Source: Malacoraja senta (lineage: Eukaryota). Taken from it: a stretch of DNA of 64,000 nt. How positions within the stretch are numbered: the first letter of the stretch is position 1; each line of letters starts with the position of its first letter. Positions 49,246-62,100 of this stretch are shown one piece after another. Below the pieces are notes generated by a model that was not told where the DNA came from, made no database searches, and worked only from the letters and a program-made list of their open reading frames with translations. A program made the position numbers and the translations under genes. The stretch covers positions 5,332,001-5,396,000 of the forward strand of contig CM075988.1 in NCBI GenBank assembly GCA_038087875.1, read 5' to 3'.

Positions 49246-49857
49246 CTGCCACGATGCACGGTTGCTGTTGCCAAGAACGGGAGAGATTTGGGATGCCGAA
49301 CAACTCCCCAATGGTGGGTCCAGCATGGGTTAGATGTCAAGTGAAGCAGTTGTAGCGCAGGTTAAATACAGAGCTCGCTCCACGCTGTCTGCAGAATAAC
49401 GTCACCGCAGATTGCTTGGAGAACAAATCTGCCTCTGCACTTGCCCATCAAGTATTCCTAGATCTTTGTTGGAGATTAGATCTTGTAGTTATAAATTCCC
49501 ACCTAAGGTATGACTGATCTTTCACATTTATCCTCAGCGCTTAATTCCACAAAGAGAGGTGGTTGATGGATACAGCATTACGCAGAATAATGTTCCCTGC
49601 ATCTGCCTCACCCTTAATAAAATGACCAATATTCCCATGGTGCCCTAGACTTCCCAGAATCAGAGGATAAATCTCTTAGAAGCTGTTGAAAGAATGCTGC
49701 CAGGATTTGAAGGTATTTGCTCTAAGAAGAGGTTGGACAAACTTGGATTCTTTTCTCTGGAGTGTCAGAGGCTGAGGACAGACCCGATAGAAATATGTAA
49801 CATGTGAATATAGAAGTTGGGAGGTCATGCAGATGCCTTTTCTTTGTTTTTTTTAAA

Positions 49858-50148
49858 GAGATACAGCGCGGAAACAGGCCCTTTAGGCCCACACTGACCA
49901 GCGATCACCGCACATTAACACGATCCTATACCCACTAGGGGCAATTTTTACATTTACCAAGCCAATTAACCAACAAACCTGTACGTTTTTGGCTTATGGG
50001 AGGAAACCGAAGATCTCGGAGAAAACCCACGCAGGTCACGGGGAGAACGTACAAACTCCGTTCAGACAGCATCCGTAGTCAGGATCGAACCTGGGTCTCC
50101 GGCGCTGCATTCGCTGTAAGGCAGCAACTCTACCGCTGCGCCACCGTG
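49858..50148 (-). mobile_element. HE1-like V-SINE
   Basis: Full consensus, with a 9-nt insert in the head. Confidence 0.88.
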
Positions 50149-50154
50149 TCACCA

Positions 50155-50632
50155 AGATGTCGATGAGGCCACATTTAGAGTATTGTGTTCACTTTTGGAT
50201 ACCATGTTACAGGAAAGCTGTTGTCAAGCTGGAAAGTGTGCAATGTAGATTTACAATGATGTTGCCAAGACTCAAGGGCCTGAGCTACAGGGAGAGGTTG
50301 AGCTGGCTAGGATTTTATTCCTTGGAGCGCAGGAGGATGAGGGGTGATCTTATGGAGGTGTCCAAAATTATGAGAGGTATAGATCGGGTAAATGCACTGT
50401 TACTTGCCCAGAGTGGCTAGGTGGGTGTACGGAACGAACTGCCAGAGGAGGCAGTTGAGGCAGGTACTATTGTATGGTTTAAAAAGCATTTAGATAGGTA
50501 AATGGATAGGATAGGTTTAGAGGGATATGGGCCAAGCCCAGGCCGTTGAGACTAGTGTAGGTCTAGCATGTTGGTCAACATAGACAAGTAGGGCCGAAGG
50601 GCCTGTTTACCTGCTGAAAAGTTTTATGACTC
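50155..50632 (+). mobile_element. CR1 3' fragment
   Basis: RPHLEYCVHFWIPCYRKAVVKLESVQCRFT. Confidence 0.85.
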
Positions 50633-51737
50633 TAAAATTCTGAGAGGCAAATATCAGGTATTTTTAAAGGTATGAGACAGCAATTGGCTAGGATAGACTG
50701 GCAAGTTATTATACTTAATGGGTTGACAGTGGAGATGCAATGGCAAGATTTAAAGACCGCGTGGATGAACTCCTGAAATTCTTCATCCCAGTCTGGCGAA
50801 AAAATAAAACTGGGAAGGCGGCTCAACCGTGGCTGACAAGGGAAGTCAAAAGTTAAATCCATGGAAGGGGCATATAAATTGGCCAGAAGAAGCGGCAAAC
50901 CAGAGGACTGGGAGAAATTTAGAACTCAACAGAGGAGGACAAAAAGGTTAATTAAGAGGGGGGAAATTGAGCATAAAAGAATGCTTGAGGAGAATATAAA
51001 TACTGACAGTAAACGTTTCTTTAGGGATGGAAAAAGGAAAGAATTAGTGAAGATGAATGTAGGTCCCTAACAGTCAGAGACGGGTGGATTTATAATGGGA
51101 AACAAGGAAATGGCAGAACAGTTAAACGAGTACTTTGGTTCTGTCTTCACTAAGGAAGACACAAACAATCTCCCGGAAATACTAGGGGACTGCGGATCTA
51201 GTGGGAGGGAGGAACTGAAGGGAATCCACATGAGTCAGTAAATGCAGTTTGGTAAGCTGTTGGGACTGAAGGCAGATAAATCCCCAGAGCCTGATGGTCT
51301 GCATCCCAGAGTACTCAAGGAGGTGGCCCTAGAAATCGTGGATGCATTGGTGATCATTTTCCAATGTCCTCGCGACTCTGGATCAGTTCCTGTGGACTGG
51401 AGGGTAGCCAATGTAACTCCACTTTTTAAGAAAGGAGGGAGGGAGAAAATAAGGGAAATATAGACCAGTTAACCTTACATCGGTAGTGGGGAAGATGCTG
51501 GAGTCAATTATTAAAGATGTTATAGCAGCACATTTGGAAAGCAGTGACGGGATCGGTCAAAGTCAGCATGGATTTATGAAGGGGAAATCATGCTTGACTA
51601 ATCTTCTGGAATTTGTTGAGGATGTAACAAGTAGAATGGATAAGGGAGAGCCAGTGGATGTGGTATATCTGGACTTTCAAAGAGCCTTTGACAAGGTCCC
51701 ACACAAGAGATCTGTGCAAAATTAGAGCACATGGTAT

Positions 51738-52614
51738 CCACCTGGGGCGCCGTCGAGTATGGCTGCCCTGCCAGCAGCAGTCAGTTTTTTCACCGTTTTT
51801 TAATTATTTTTAGTTAGTTAAAAGTGTTTGTTTTTGGAGGTCTTTAGTCTTTTTATGTGGGGCGTTGGGGGGGGGGGAAGGGGGAAACTATTTTCGCAGT
51901 CCCTACCTGGTCGGAGATGCGGTTTTTCTCCGAGCCGTATCTTCGCCCCTTCCTCGCGGCCTACGGGCAGACTGGAGCGGCGTTTTCCTGCCGGGACCGG
52001 CCAGGACTTCAGCTTCGGCGGCGGCACAGCGCTGAAGTACCATCGCGGAGCGGTCGATGCCTTACCCGGGTCGCCGTGCAGTAAGCTCCGGAGTGCTGTG
52101 ACAGCCGGCACCAACATCGCGGAGCTGCGGTCTGCGGTCAGCGGTCTGCGGTCTGCGGTCAGTGGAGCTTCCAGCCGCGGCCGGCGCTGAGCTTCAAACA
52201 CCGCGGAGCCTGGGATCTCACGACGAGGTCGCCAGAGTCGGAGCATCGACCAGCGCGGCTCGTGGACTTCGGGAGCCGTGGTCTACTGGGAGGAGGCGGC
52301 CGCTCCAGACACTCCGGGCCGCTGAGAGTGTTCACCCTTCGCCGGAGCTTCATCATCCGGCGAGAGGGCCTGAGGCATCGGGCTGCCGTATCGGCGACTG
52401 CAGAGGCCTCAATAGGCCCCGACTATGGGTGAACTGGGGAAGGGACTGGACTTTGCTGCCTTCCCCCACAGTGGGAACCATTGTGGGGGGATGTTTTTAT
52501 GTTGTTGTTAAATTCTTGGATGTAATCTTTATTTGTGTGCTGCATTGGCAAGTCAAATTTCACTGCACCAATTGGTGTATGTGACAATAAATGTTTATCT
52601 ATCTATCTATCTAT
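51738..52614 (+). mobile_element. GC-rich non-coding retroposon with a Rex1-like 3' end
   Basis: Splits CR1 atggtat|tggggg; ends tttcactgcaccaattggtgtatgtgacaataaa followed by (TATC)n. Confidence 0.7.
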
Positions 52615-53058
52615 TGGGGGTTGGGTATTAACATGGATAGAGAACTGGTTGGCAGACAGGAAGCAAAGAGTAGGAATTAATGGGTCCTTTTCAGACTGGC
52701 AGGCAGTGACTGGTGGAGAGCTGCAAGGCTCGGTGCTGGGACCCCAGTTGTTTACAATATATATTAACAATTTAGACAAAGGATTTAAATGCAACATCTC
52801 CAAGTTTGCAGATGACATAGAGCTGGGTGACAGTGTGAGCTGCGAGGAGGATGCTATGAGGCTGCAGGGTGACTTGGATACGTTGGGTGAGTGGGCAGAT
52901 GCAGTATAATGTGGATAAATGTGAGGTTATCCACTTTGGTGACACACAAGAAGGCAGATTATTATCCGAATGGTGTCAGATTAGGGGAAGGGGAGGGGCA
53001 ACGAGACCTCGGTGTGCTTGTCATCAGTCACTGAAGATAAGCATGCAGGTACAGCAGG

Positions 53059-53449
53059 GTCGGGTATTTTTTGGCACTGCCGTTTCGGCGCCGCTGTTTC
53101 GGCGCCCCCGTTTATAATATCTGTACTCATCAGAACCCTAACCCCAACCCCAACCCCAACCCTAACCCTAACCCTAACCCCAACCCCAACCCCAACCCTA
53201 ACCCTAACCCTAACCCTAATCCCAACCCTAACCCCAATCCCAACCCCAACCCTAACCCTAACCCTAACCCTAACCCCAACCCCAACCCCAACCCCAACCC
53301 CAACGCCAACCCCAACCCCAACCCCAACCCCAACCCCAACCCCAACCCCAACCCCAACCCCAACCCCAACCCCAACCCCAACCCTAACCCTAACCCTGAC
53401 ACCCCGAAACGGCGGTGCTGAAACAGCGGCTCCGAATGGTACCATTCCG
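53059..53449. mobile_element. Small element with subterminal inverted repeats and an internal (CCCTAA/CCCCAA)n array
   Basis: ggtacagcagg duplicated at 53048-53058 and 53450-53460; IRs ttcggcgccgctgtttcggcgcccccgttt and aaacggcggtgctgaaacagcggctccgaa. Confidence 0.75.
53134..53398. repeat. Telomere-like hexamer array (CCCTAA and CCCCAA variants)
   Basis: Direct inspection. Confidence 0.95.
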
Positions 53450-54132
53450 GGTACAGCAGGCAGTGAAGAAAGCTAATGGCATGTTGGCCTTCATTGCAAG
53501 ACGATTTGACTTTAGGAGTAAGGAGGTCCTACTGCAGCTGTACAGGGCCCTGGTGAGACAGCACCTGGAGTATTGTGTGCAATTTTGGTCTCCTAATTTG
53601 AGGAAGGACATTATTGCTATTGAGGGAGTTCACCAGGTTAATTCCCGGGATGGCAGGACTGACATATAATGAAAGAATGGGTCGACTGGGCTTGTATTTG
53701 CTGCAATTTAGAAGGATGAGAGGAAATCTTATAGAAACATGTAACATTCTTAGAGGATTGGACAGGGTAGATGCAGGAAAAATATTCCCGATGCTGAGAT
53801 GAGGAAAAACTTTTTCACCCAGAGAGTTGTGAATCTGTGGAATTCTCTGCCACAGAAGGCAGTGAAGGCCAATTCACTGGATGATTTCAAAGGAGAGTTA
53901 GATTTAGCTCTTGGTGCTAAGGGAATCAAGGGATATGGGGAAAATCTGGAACGGGTTACTGTTTTGGGACGATCAGAGATGATCATATTGAATGGCAATG
54001 CTGGCTCGAAGGGCCGAATGGCCTACTCCTGCGCCTATTTTCTATGTATCTATGTTTCTATGGTAGACAGTCAAACCTTTTTCCCCATGGTGGAAAATTC
54101 AAAGACTGGAGGGCATGGCCTTTAGGTGAGAG

Positions 54133-54670
54133 TCAAGTCAAGTCACATTTATTTATATAGCACATTTAAAAAACAACTCTCGTTGGCCAAAGTGCTTTAC
54201 ATTTGTTATAAGAATAATATAAACAAACAAACTACATACATATATACATATAGCCCTCGCTCAGAGGACGTCAAGAAAGGCTTGGGAGTATAGATACGTT
54301 TTTAGTCTTGACTTAAAAGAGTCGATGGAGGGGGCAGTTCTGATGGGAAGGGGGATGCTGTTCCACAGTCTAGGAGCTGCAACCGCAAAGGCGCGGTCGC
54401 CCCTGAGCTTATGCCTAGACCGCGGGATATTCAGCAACCCCAAGTCGGCCGATCTGAGGGACCTGGAGGTGGAATGGTGGATGAGAAGACTTTTAATGTA
54501 GGTGGGGGCAAGCCCATTGAGGGCTTTGTAGACATAGAGGAGGATCTTGAAATGTATACGGAACCGCACAGGGAGCCAGTGGAGGATCGGGGTGATGTGG
54601 TCCCTTTTTCGGGTGCCCGTTAGGAGTCTCGCTGTGGCGTTTTGGACCAGTTGCAGTCGGGACAGGGACG
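54133..54670 (-). mobile_element. L2 LINE 3' fragment
   Basis: IHFKILLYVYKALNGLAPTYI..RSLRSADLGLL..GDRAFAVAAPRLWNSIP; (TTGAC)n tail. Confidence 0.9.
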
Positions 54671-55029
54671 AAGAGGGGCAAAGTCTAAAGGAGACATGTC
54701 ATGCAATTTGGGTGCCTGGGACGTGCCTGGGACGTGCTGCCAGGGGTGGTGGTGGAGGCAGATACGATAGTGGCGTTTAAGAGGCTAAACGCCACTATCG
54801 TAAGTGGATATGCAGGGGGTGGGGGGATATGCATGACGTGCAGGCAGAGAAATTAACTCATGTGCAGCGCAGACATTATGGGCCGAAGGGCCTGTTCCTG
54901 TGCTGTACTGTTCTATTTTCAAAAGCTAGGTAACAAATCTTCGGGAATTTTGAAAGTTAACAGTAAAATCCATCAGAATGATCTCAACACTTGCTGCTTA
55001 TGTTGCGGGAGAATCTGTTGTTACTGACG

Positions 55030-55210
55030 ATAGACACAAAGTGCCGGATTAACTCAGCGGGTCAGGCAGCATCTCTGGAGAAAAAGGACAGGTGACATTT
55101 CGGTTCGCCATTCTTTCCCTCCAGAGATGCTGCCTGACCCGCTGACTTACTTCCAGCACTTTGGGTTTATCTTTGGTATTAACCAGCATCTGCAGTCCTT
55201 TGTTCCTACC
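55030..55210. mobile_element. Fold-back mini-element of inverted PLE ends
   Basis: ctcagcgggtcaggcagcatctctggag mirrored by ctccagagatgctgcctgacccgctga. Confidence 0.7.
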
Positions 55211-56239
55211 AGTCACTGGCATTTTGATGTCAAGGAATCCAAACTCAAGCACCTAAGTGATGCATGGTCCCCGCGGCATATCTTATCACAGCTATTTCCT
55301 GAAGCCAGATTCATGTGTAATGACATTATTGTAATTCAAGTCTCCAACCCAAGTTAGAAATGATTCGCAGTGTAGCCCCACATTTAATTAATCATTCATG
55401 AAAAGGTAGTTGAAGGGGAAATGATTGTAAATGCTGCACAGGGATTATCTAATGGCACAGAGGAACAGCAAGGATCTTGCATGATGCGGCACATAATTTC
55501 AGTAAAATGAATGAATAAAACAGGCATTTATTAGGTAATAGAGTTGTAGCAAGTTATTTTAAAAGAGACATGGGAGTGGCAATAGATTGATAAAGAGAGT
55601 GCAGAAAAACATGTTATGTCTTAATAAACACTGAAATCATTATAACAAACTAGATATTTTCCAGGCTTCCTGGTATAGGTCCACCACCTCCTTTCATTCT
55701 GGACAAAATTACAAGAGTGCACATGAACCACCCCCCCCCCCCCCCCGGAAGTCACCCTGAAAGTGTGGGGCCTAGGCCGGGTGAGGCGGCCGATCTCGAC
55801 TTCATCGGGACTTCCGCGGCTGATCGGCGAGTCGAATTTTCCCCCCTGCGGCTGGGGCTCTGGAACTCCGGTTAGGCTGGAGTCGGAGGCCGCGACCTCT
55901 GTTGGCCGGGCAAAACGGATAATCCAGCAAGACTCTGGAAACGAAGGGTGCCGGAATATCAATGGTGGACCTGTATTTCCTTCTCAGAATCAGGTCAGAA
56001 TGGAAGAGAAGTAGAATTGTTACAGTGTGTGTCTCCATTACGCGTGTAGATGATGCTCACTTTGCAAAGCGGCGAGCATAACAGCAACTAGAGCATGGGT
56101 TGCTTCAGTAGATCAGCAGATAACTGAATCACAGATAGTCACAGCAAAGAAGGGGGCCATTTGGCCCGTTGAGTCCATGCCAGCTCAATGCAACAGCAAT
56201 CCAACTAATCCCACTTCCCAGCCTTTTCTCATAGGCCTG

Positions 56240-56560
56240 TAGTTTAGTTTAGTTCAGTTTAGTCTTGTTTAGAGAAAGCGTGGAAACAGGCCCTTTGGCC
56301 CATCGAGTCCACGCCTACCATCGATCACCCTTCACACTAGTTCTATGTTACCCACTTTCGCATCCGACAGACTAGGAGCAATTTACAGACACCGATTAAC
56401 CTACAAACCTGCGCGTCTTTGGGATGTGGGAGGAAATTGGAACTCCCCGAGAAAAGCCATGGGAGAACGTGCAAACTCCGCACGGACAGCAGCCAAGGTC
56501 AGGATTGAACCCGGGTCTCTGGCACGGTGAAACGGCAACTCTACTGCTGCACCATTGTGC
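56240..56560 (-). mobile_element. HE1-like V-SINE
   Basis: Same consensus as the other copies. Confidence 0.82.
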
Positions 56561-57587
56561 TTCTGGCCTTCTCAATTGAATGATAAAATCCCCCCAAAAA
56601 TGAATGTTATGTGCAGGCAGACAAGCTAACTGAAGCAACATGTGAAGTGGACCTTGTTCCTTTAGTTTAAGAAAACACAAACATTGCAGCTTCAATTTCT
56701 AGATGCATCCTTTTGAGGTATCGATTTAAAACATGAACTGACACAATTGTGATGGGAAGCGTTGTCGATCACTCAGCACTAATGAACAAATACAGGAAGG
56801 TGACATTAGATTCAGAAGACTATTGGGTTGTTGACAGTGTGTGATGGTCTTTCTGCTTGAGCGCGGAATCCAAGGCTTGGATCTGCTCTTAGCTTGGTAA
56901 CTGGTGAGGGATTGGTCCCCAGAGCAACGATTGATACTGTATTGGTTCAGTGAGTGACCCTGACACAAATCATCCGTTGCTTCAACCTAACGAGGGCACT
57001 TTGTTAAAATACCTCAAATTTACAAACCCATTTGTTCAGCGGAGTCCGTGCGTTTGACACGATATGACAAGCCACGCCGAACAAATTATAAATAACACCA
57101 GAACTGCAGATGATGGAATCTTGAGGAAATGACAAAGTGCTGGAGGAACTCAGCAGGTAAGGCAGCATAAGGTCATAAGAGATAGGAGCAGAATTAGGCC
57201 ATTCTGTCCATCAAGTCTACTCCGCCATTCATTCATGGCTGATTCATCTCTCCCTCCTAACCCCATACTCTTGCTATCTCCCCATAACTCCTGACACCTG
57301 TACTAATCAAGAATCTATCTATCTCTGCCTTAAAAATATCCATTGACTTGACCTCCACAGCCTTCTGTGGCAAAGAGTACAACAAATAATTTCACAGCAT
57401 CTCTGAAGGACATGAACTGGTGCCATTTTGGATCAGGATCTTGAAGAAGGATCTTGCCTTGAAACATCGCCTATCCTTGTCCTCTAGAGATGCCGTTTGA
57501 CCCTTTGGGATACAGCATAGATATAATATCGGTGTATTGTAAATACTGTCATTAGAGGCAGTTTTACGGCATTGACAGGTAGCAGGT

Positions 57588-58286
57588 TAAGGTTCATAAG
57601 GTTCATAAGGGTCATTTATTGTCACATAAACCAATTGGTGTCGTTAAATTCACTGGCCAGGTCAGTCACACAATTTTAAAAAGCAACAGACTCAAAAAAC
57701 ACATTTTAACATAAACATCCATCACAGTGACTCCCACACATTCCTCACTGTGATGGAAGGCGAAATAAAGTTCAAGTCCTTCCCTTTTTGTTCTTCCTTG
57801 GTCGGGGGCCTCGAGCCCCCCCCCCCCCCCGTTGACAGGAGAGTCTTGACTCCCGTAGTCGGCAGCGTTCGGGGCCCCCCGCGTCGAGGCGTTCAGCTCC
57901 TGCATTGGGGGATGTCAGCTCCCCTGCGCCGGGCGATCGAACCTCGCGTCGGGGCTGGACGCCGCAGGCCGCGGCGGTAGCGATCCCAGGCAAGGGATCC
58001 GCTCCGATGGTAAGTCCGCGCCCCGCGGTGGGGCTCACGACTGTCCGAGGCGGCTTCCCACTCCAGCGATGGCAGGCTGCAGAGCCCGGAGAATGTGATC
58101 CGAAACTTGATCACCTCTCCGGGAAGGTAAGAACCTGAAAAAAAAGTTTCCCCTGACCCCCCCCCCCCAACATAAAACAAAGAAGAACATTAAAACAAAC
58201 TTTAAACAAACGCTAAAAATATCAAAAAGGATGAAAAAATGAACAGACTGCCAGCAAGGCTGCCATCTGCCTCCCCTGGCGCCCCC
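57588..58286 (-). mobile_element. Second, diverged relative of the GC-rich Rex1-tailed retroposon
   Basis: Reverse complement begins ggggcgcc..atggcagcc..gcagtctg and ends caccaattgg..gtgacaataaa plus a short tandem tail, as at 51738-52614. Confidence 0.65.
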
Positions 58287-58336
58287 TACTAAGGTCAAGC
58301 AGCATTATAGTCAACCGATAAAATGCTGAGTGTTCA

Positions 58337-59110
58337 TGTTAATCCTGGCTAAATTAGACCAGTCAGGTCTTCAAAATGGGGTTAAATTTCAGGGTTTGCT
58401 GGGAGATTTGGTTAAATTGAGATTGCTCTCTGCAGAGATGGGACAGGCTGCGAGAGGTGCCAGGGAGTCTGGAACTTAGATACAATTTGCAAACAAAGAA
58501 TGGGAAGTCTTGCAAGCCCTGTCAATCTGGTACTAAATGCATAGAATGGATTGGGTGGCTGCAAACCAGACATACACCTTGTAAATAGCTTGTGAATAAT
58601 GTTGCAGAATCTGACTCTGCTAAGTGTTGATTGGATGGGGTGTTAAGCCTTGTCTGAGAGTTCTGTTAATCAGGGTAAATGTTTCCAAGTTGACTTCATC
58701 TCGAAGTCCGTTGTGAATACAATGTATTGAACTGTTGTGTCATTGGGTTAGGGAAATGTCTGTTATGTATGGAGTAATTGATATTTGTAATTGGGTTATT
58801 TAGAGACAGCCCCCATGTGGTTCGGCCCTCAGGTTCGCGGGGCATATGAAAAGGCCGTGATCATGAGGTTCAAGATCGAACTTCTAGAGGAACGCTCACG
58901 ACCGTGTACCCTTCTGGAGTGTCTTTGTCTGCGCGAGGCCTAGAGGGCTTGAACAGGCAGACACAAGGAACGAACCCGCGGTGGGGACAGGTACAGTGTG
59001 TGATCTGTGACACGCTTTTGGTAAAATAAAATTTAGTTGTTTCAAGTGCTTGATTCAGTGTTTTTACTTAAACTAGACTGGGGGGGAAGGTTAGAAATGG
59101 GTAATTATCA
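58337..59110 (+). repeat. 5' LTR (774 bp)
   Basis: tgttaat..attatca imperfect end repeat, AATAAA at 59025-59030, directly followed by the PBS. Confidence 0.8.
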
Positions 59111-59111
59111 T

Positions 59112-59129
59112 TGGGGGCTCGTCAGGGAT
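59112..59129 (+). promoter_or_regulatory. Primer-binding site complementary to tRNA-Pro
   Basis: TGGGGGCTCGTCAGGGAT, one mismatch to the MLV-type PBS-Pro TGGGGGCTCGTCCGGGAT. Confidence 0.88.
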
Positions 59130-62100
59130 CTCTAAGGACCCCCAAACACAAGTTTGCGATCAAGGGTGTTGAGCTGGTTAGATCGCGGGTGCAGAAATCG
59201 GCACATTTGTGTTTTTTTCGCACTAATTTTCAGCGCCTCGTGAGTCGGAGCGAATCGATCTTTCGCGGGCTTGGGAAAGGGTCTAAACGAGATCGTTAGA
59301 ACAGAGTCTAGCAAGCACGGGAACGTCCTAGCACGTGGGATTGGGTTGTAGGATTGGGGTGTAGGCCTGGATTGGTCGTAGTTGGGCTGACTACAGCTGA
59401 CTTTAACGAGAACCTAGCGCGCTTCATCGGGTGTGAGGTGGCCCAAGGGTAGACCTGGTATCCAAATTAGGTGGGGTATTAAAGACAGGTTCTATCGTCG
59501 ATCATTGCCAGGAGTGTGAATTGGAAAGCTGCACTTTGAAAAACGGCATTGAAGGCACGGCGTGAAGCGGCAAGGCGCTGGGTCTTTGATAAATTAGCAG
59601 AGAGGAGTGTCTGTGTGCAAGTATCTGAGTCCTGTTTGATGGACGAGGAGCTTCGAGACGGTACCGGGCTTGAATAAACTGGGTATAGATTGGCCAGAAC
59701 ACTCTAGTTTGTCCAAGAAACTCCAATTGGGCAATTTAGCTTATTCGAGAGCCCGCGTAGTAATAAGATACACACTTAAAATTAGGAGTGTTGTTCAAGT
59801 GTTTTAAATTTGCAGCAAAATTTCCAAATACTGGACTTCATATTGAGATTCTGCGAAAGGTGGGATTCGAATCCCTGTATATAGAACTTCGAAGTTGGTG
59901 CATGTCCGTGATCGATTCTGAATGGCGGCTGATCTGCAGTGAGTAGTAACCCTCTGGTCGCTTGTTGCTTAGTACCTGATAGTAAAGAGTACCTGAGAGA
60001 CGGGAATCTCCCCACTTGAGGAAAAGTAACCCGAAGGGTGAAGGGCACCCCTAATTCTGTCAAACTTAAAGAGGAGGGATAGAGGTCCCCCTATAGAAGT
60101 CCAGTCTCAGCAGAGGGATAGTAGCATTTGGGAGGAAGAGTGATCATATAAGGGGATAGTACCCCTCAGCGAAGAGTAACCTAGGAAGGGGAAATTCTTC
60201 AGTATCAGAGGGAGAGGCTCACTGCGTGATACCAGCGTGACGCGGCTTCCGAGATTGAGTGTTCGTGAATTGTGCGCTAGTGCTTTAAATAATTTTGTAG
60301 ATTGAAAAAAATAGCTTTCTGTATCGTTATCCGGATTTTGTAAATATTTCTGTCTGTAAATAAACATTAGAGTAATTAGAAGTTAAGATTTAGAACTGTA
60401 GTCACTGTATTGCTGCTTATGTGAATGTTTACAGATTTAGAACTTGAAGCCAGAGCGTGTTTAATTTAGATATTTGCAGTGTTTAATTTAGATTAGTTGT
60501 AGTGTTTAATTTAGATATATGTATTTGGTTAAGATTTTGGAAATCCGAATCGGGGTGGTTCGATCAGGGACTGTACCCCTTTGATCGCTGCGTTGAGGGG
60601 AGGAGTCATCTCGCTGATTGATTGCGCCACGAGGAGGATTGATTAAAGTGGGGTTTATTGTATGATTATAGTTTATATTGGGGTGTGTTTTGGACGATTG
60701 ATATTCGGGGGAATATTTTCATTTTTAGTCGCAGTCTTGTTGGCGTGGTTTGTGTTTATTTGTTTGTGTTACTTCAAAGTTAATTAAAAGAAAAGCTGCT
60801 GCGTGAGAAGCTGCGAGTGGGAGCTAGACCCTTTGTTTAAAATTTGAAAGCAGCAATTTGGATTTAACCGATAAGAGAGTTGGCAGTTTGAATAATTAAA
60901 TAGGAGTGATTGGAAAATAGTCTGGAGCGGGTGTTGATTGTAAGATCATTATCCATTGTGAGAGAAAGATTCCATTGACCTTGGGGTCTGGGAAATGTAG
61001 TGGGAGGAAGAGGTGTTAGTCTTTGGAATCGCAAGTTGAGTTTTGTCCATTGTTCCGAGATGGGGTATGTCTTTGAGAAGGAACGATCAAACCAATTAGA
61101 CAGCCCAGTAAGGATAATTTGCGGAGAGCTTCCACATGAAGCCGGGAGACTGAGGGGATTATCGGGAAAGTTAAACACACTTTTAAAAGATAAGATTGGC
61201 CATTAGGGGGAGTAAAATCTTTGATCAGGATAAACTATGTCGAAAGAATCATTAGAGATTATGGGAATAGTGAAGAAGAAAACGAGTTAATTGAGAAGTG
61301 GAAAGAATTCTTCACTAGGAGAAAATTAAATAAGGAAAGTGTTTTGCTGTCCACCCTAAGAATGGAGGTTTGTAGATTGGGGATAGGAGAAGAAAATATA
61401 CCTGATCCTTCTCAAGATATTCCAGAGAGGGAACAAGGGAAATTAACAAACCAACAGCAAGAGGAAGAGCAAGAGCAGGAGAGAGTGTCGTCTGTCTTTT
61501 AAAAGGGAGATTGCTGAGACGGCTCTTAAAGGGAAGGTGCCAACGGGAATTAAATCGGGTAAATTGAGTAAGGATGAGAAAGGGTTTGTACCCCTTGAAG
61601 AGAATAAAATGATAAATTGGGCAGAGTTTGTGGGTATAGATATAGTCACAGGATCCACCAGAAAACTCTCATGTTCCCAAGTCAGAGAAACTGTGCGCAG
61701 CCTGTGAGCGAGGCACACGGGAGGGGTCAGCGTTAACTTTGGCTCCTACCCCCAAACACAGAAGCATCGCGAAGAGATTTTCTATCTCCTGGGATTGCCT
61801 CACGGGTGGAAGATAATAGTAAGGGAAACCCAGGAGCTAGGAGAAAGACTTCGTCAACATGGGTGCCGAAACTGAGGTACAAGGATGGCCTTCAAGGGGG
61901 CGAGATAAAGGGGGAATATGAGTGGACTGATCGAGAGATAAATAGTTTTATGGCAGCAGAACGGGTCACCATGGAGGAGAATTTAGGCAGAAACCCCCGA
62001 AGACAGTATGTATGTAGGGAAATGCCCTCTTCAGGTGTAAATGTTCGCCAGGCCACAGATAATCAAATATCAAGGCAGCAGGGCCAGCAATATCACGGAG

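Larger units (their letters stand above)
50633..54060 (+). pseudogene. CR1 LINE ORF2 (RT domain to 3' end), decayed, with two nested insertions
   Basis: KSPEPDGLHPRVLKE, QHGFMKGKSCLTNLLEF, YLDFQRAFDKVPH, QGSVLGPQLF, KFADD, LEYCVQFWSP. Confidence 0.92.

Noticed and set aside
52981..53476. NP, TP, GV and GL repeat ORFs; chromosome-fusion telomere relic
   Set aside because: Translations of the hexamer array; the array has one orientation and lies within a TSD-flanked insertion
60457..60520. Three gtgtttaatttagat repeats with short spacers (CRISPR-like)
   Set aside because: Eukaryotic ERV leader minisatellite; spacers are only ~7 bp and there are no cas genes
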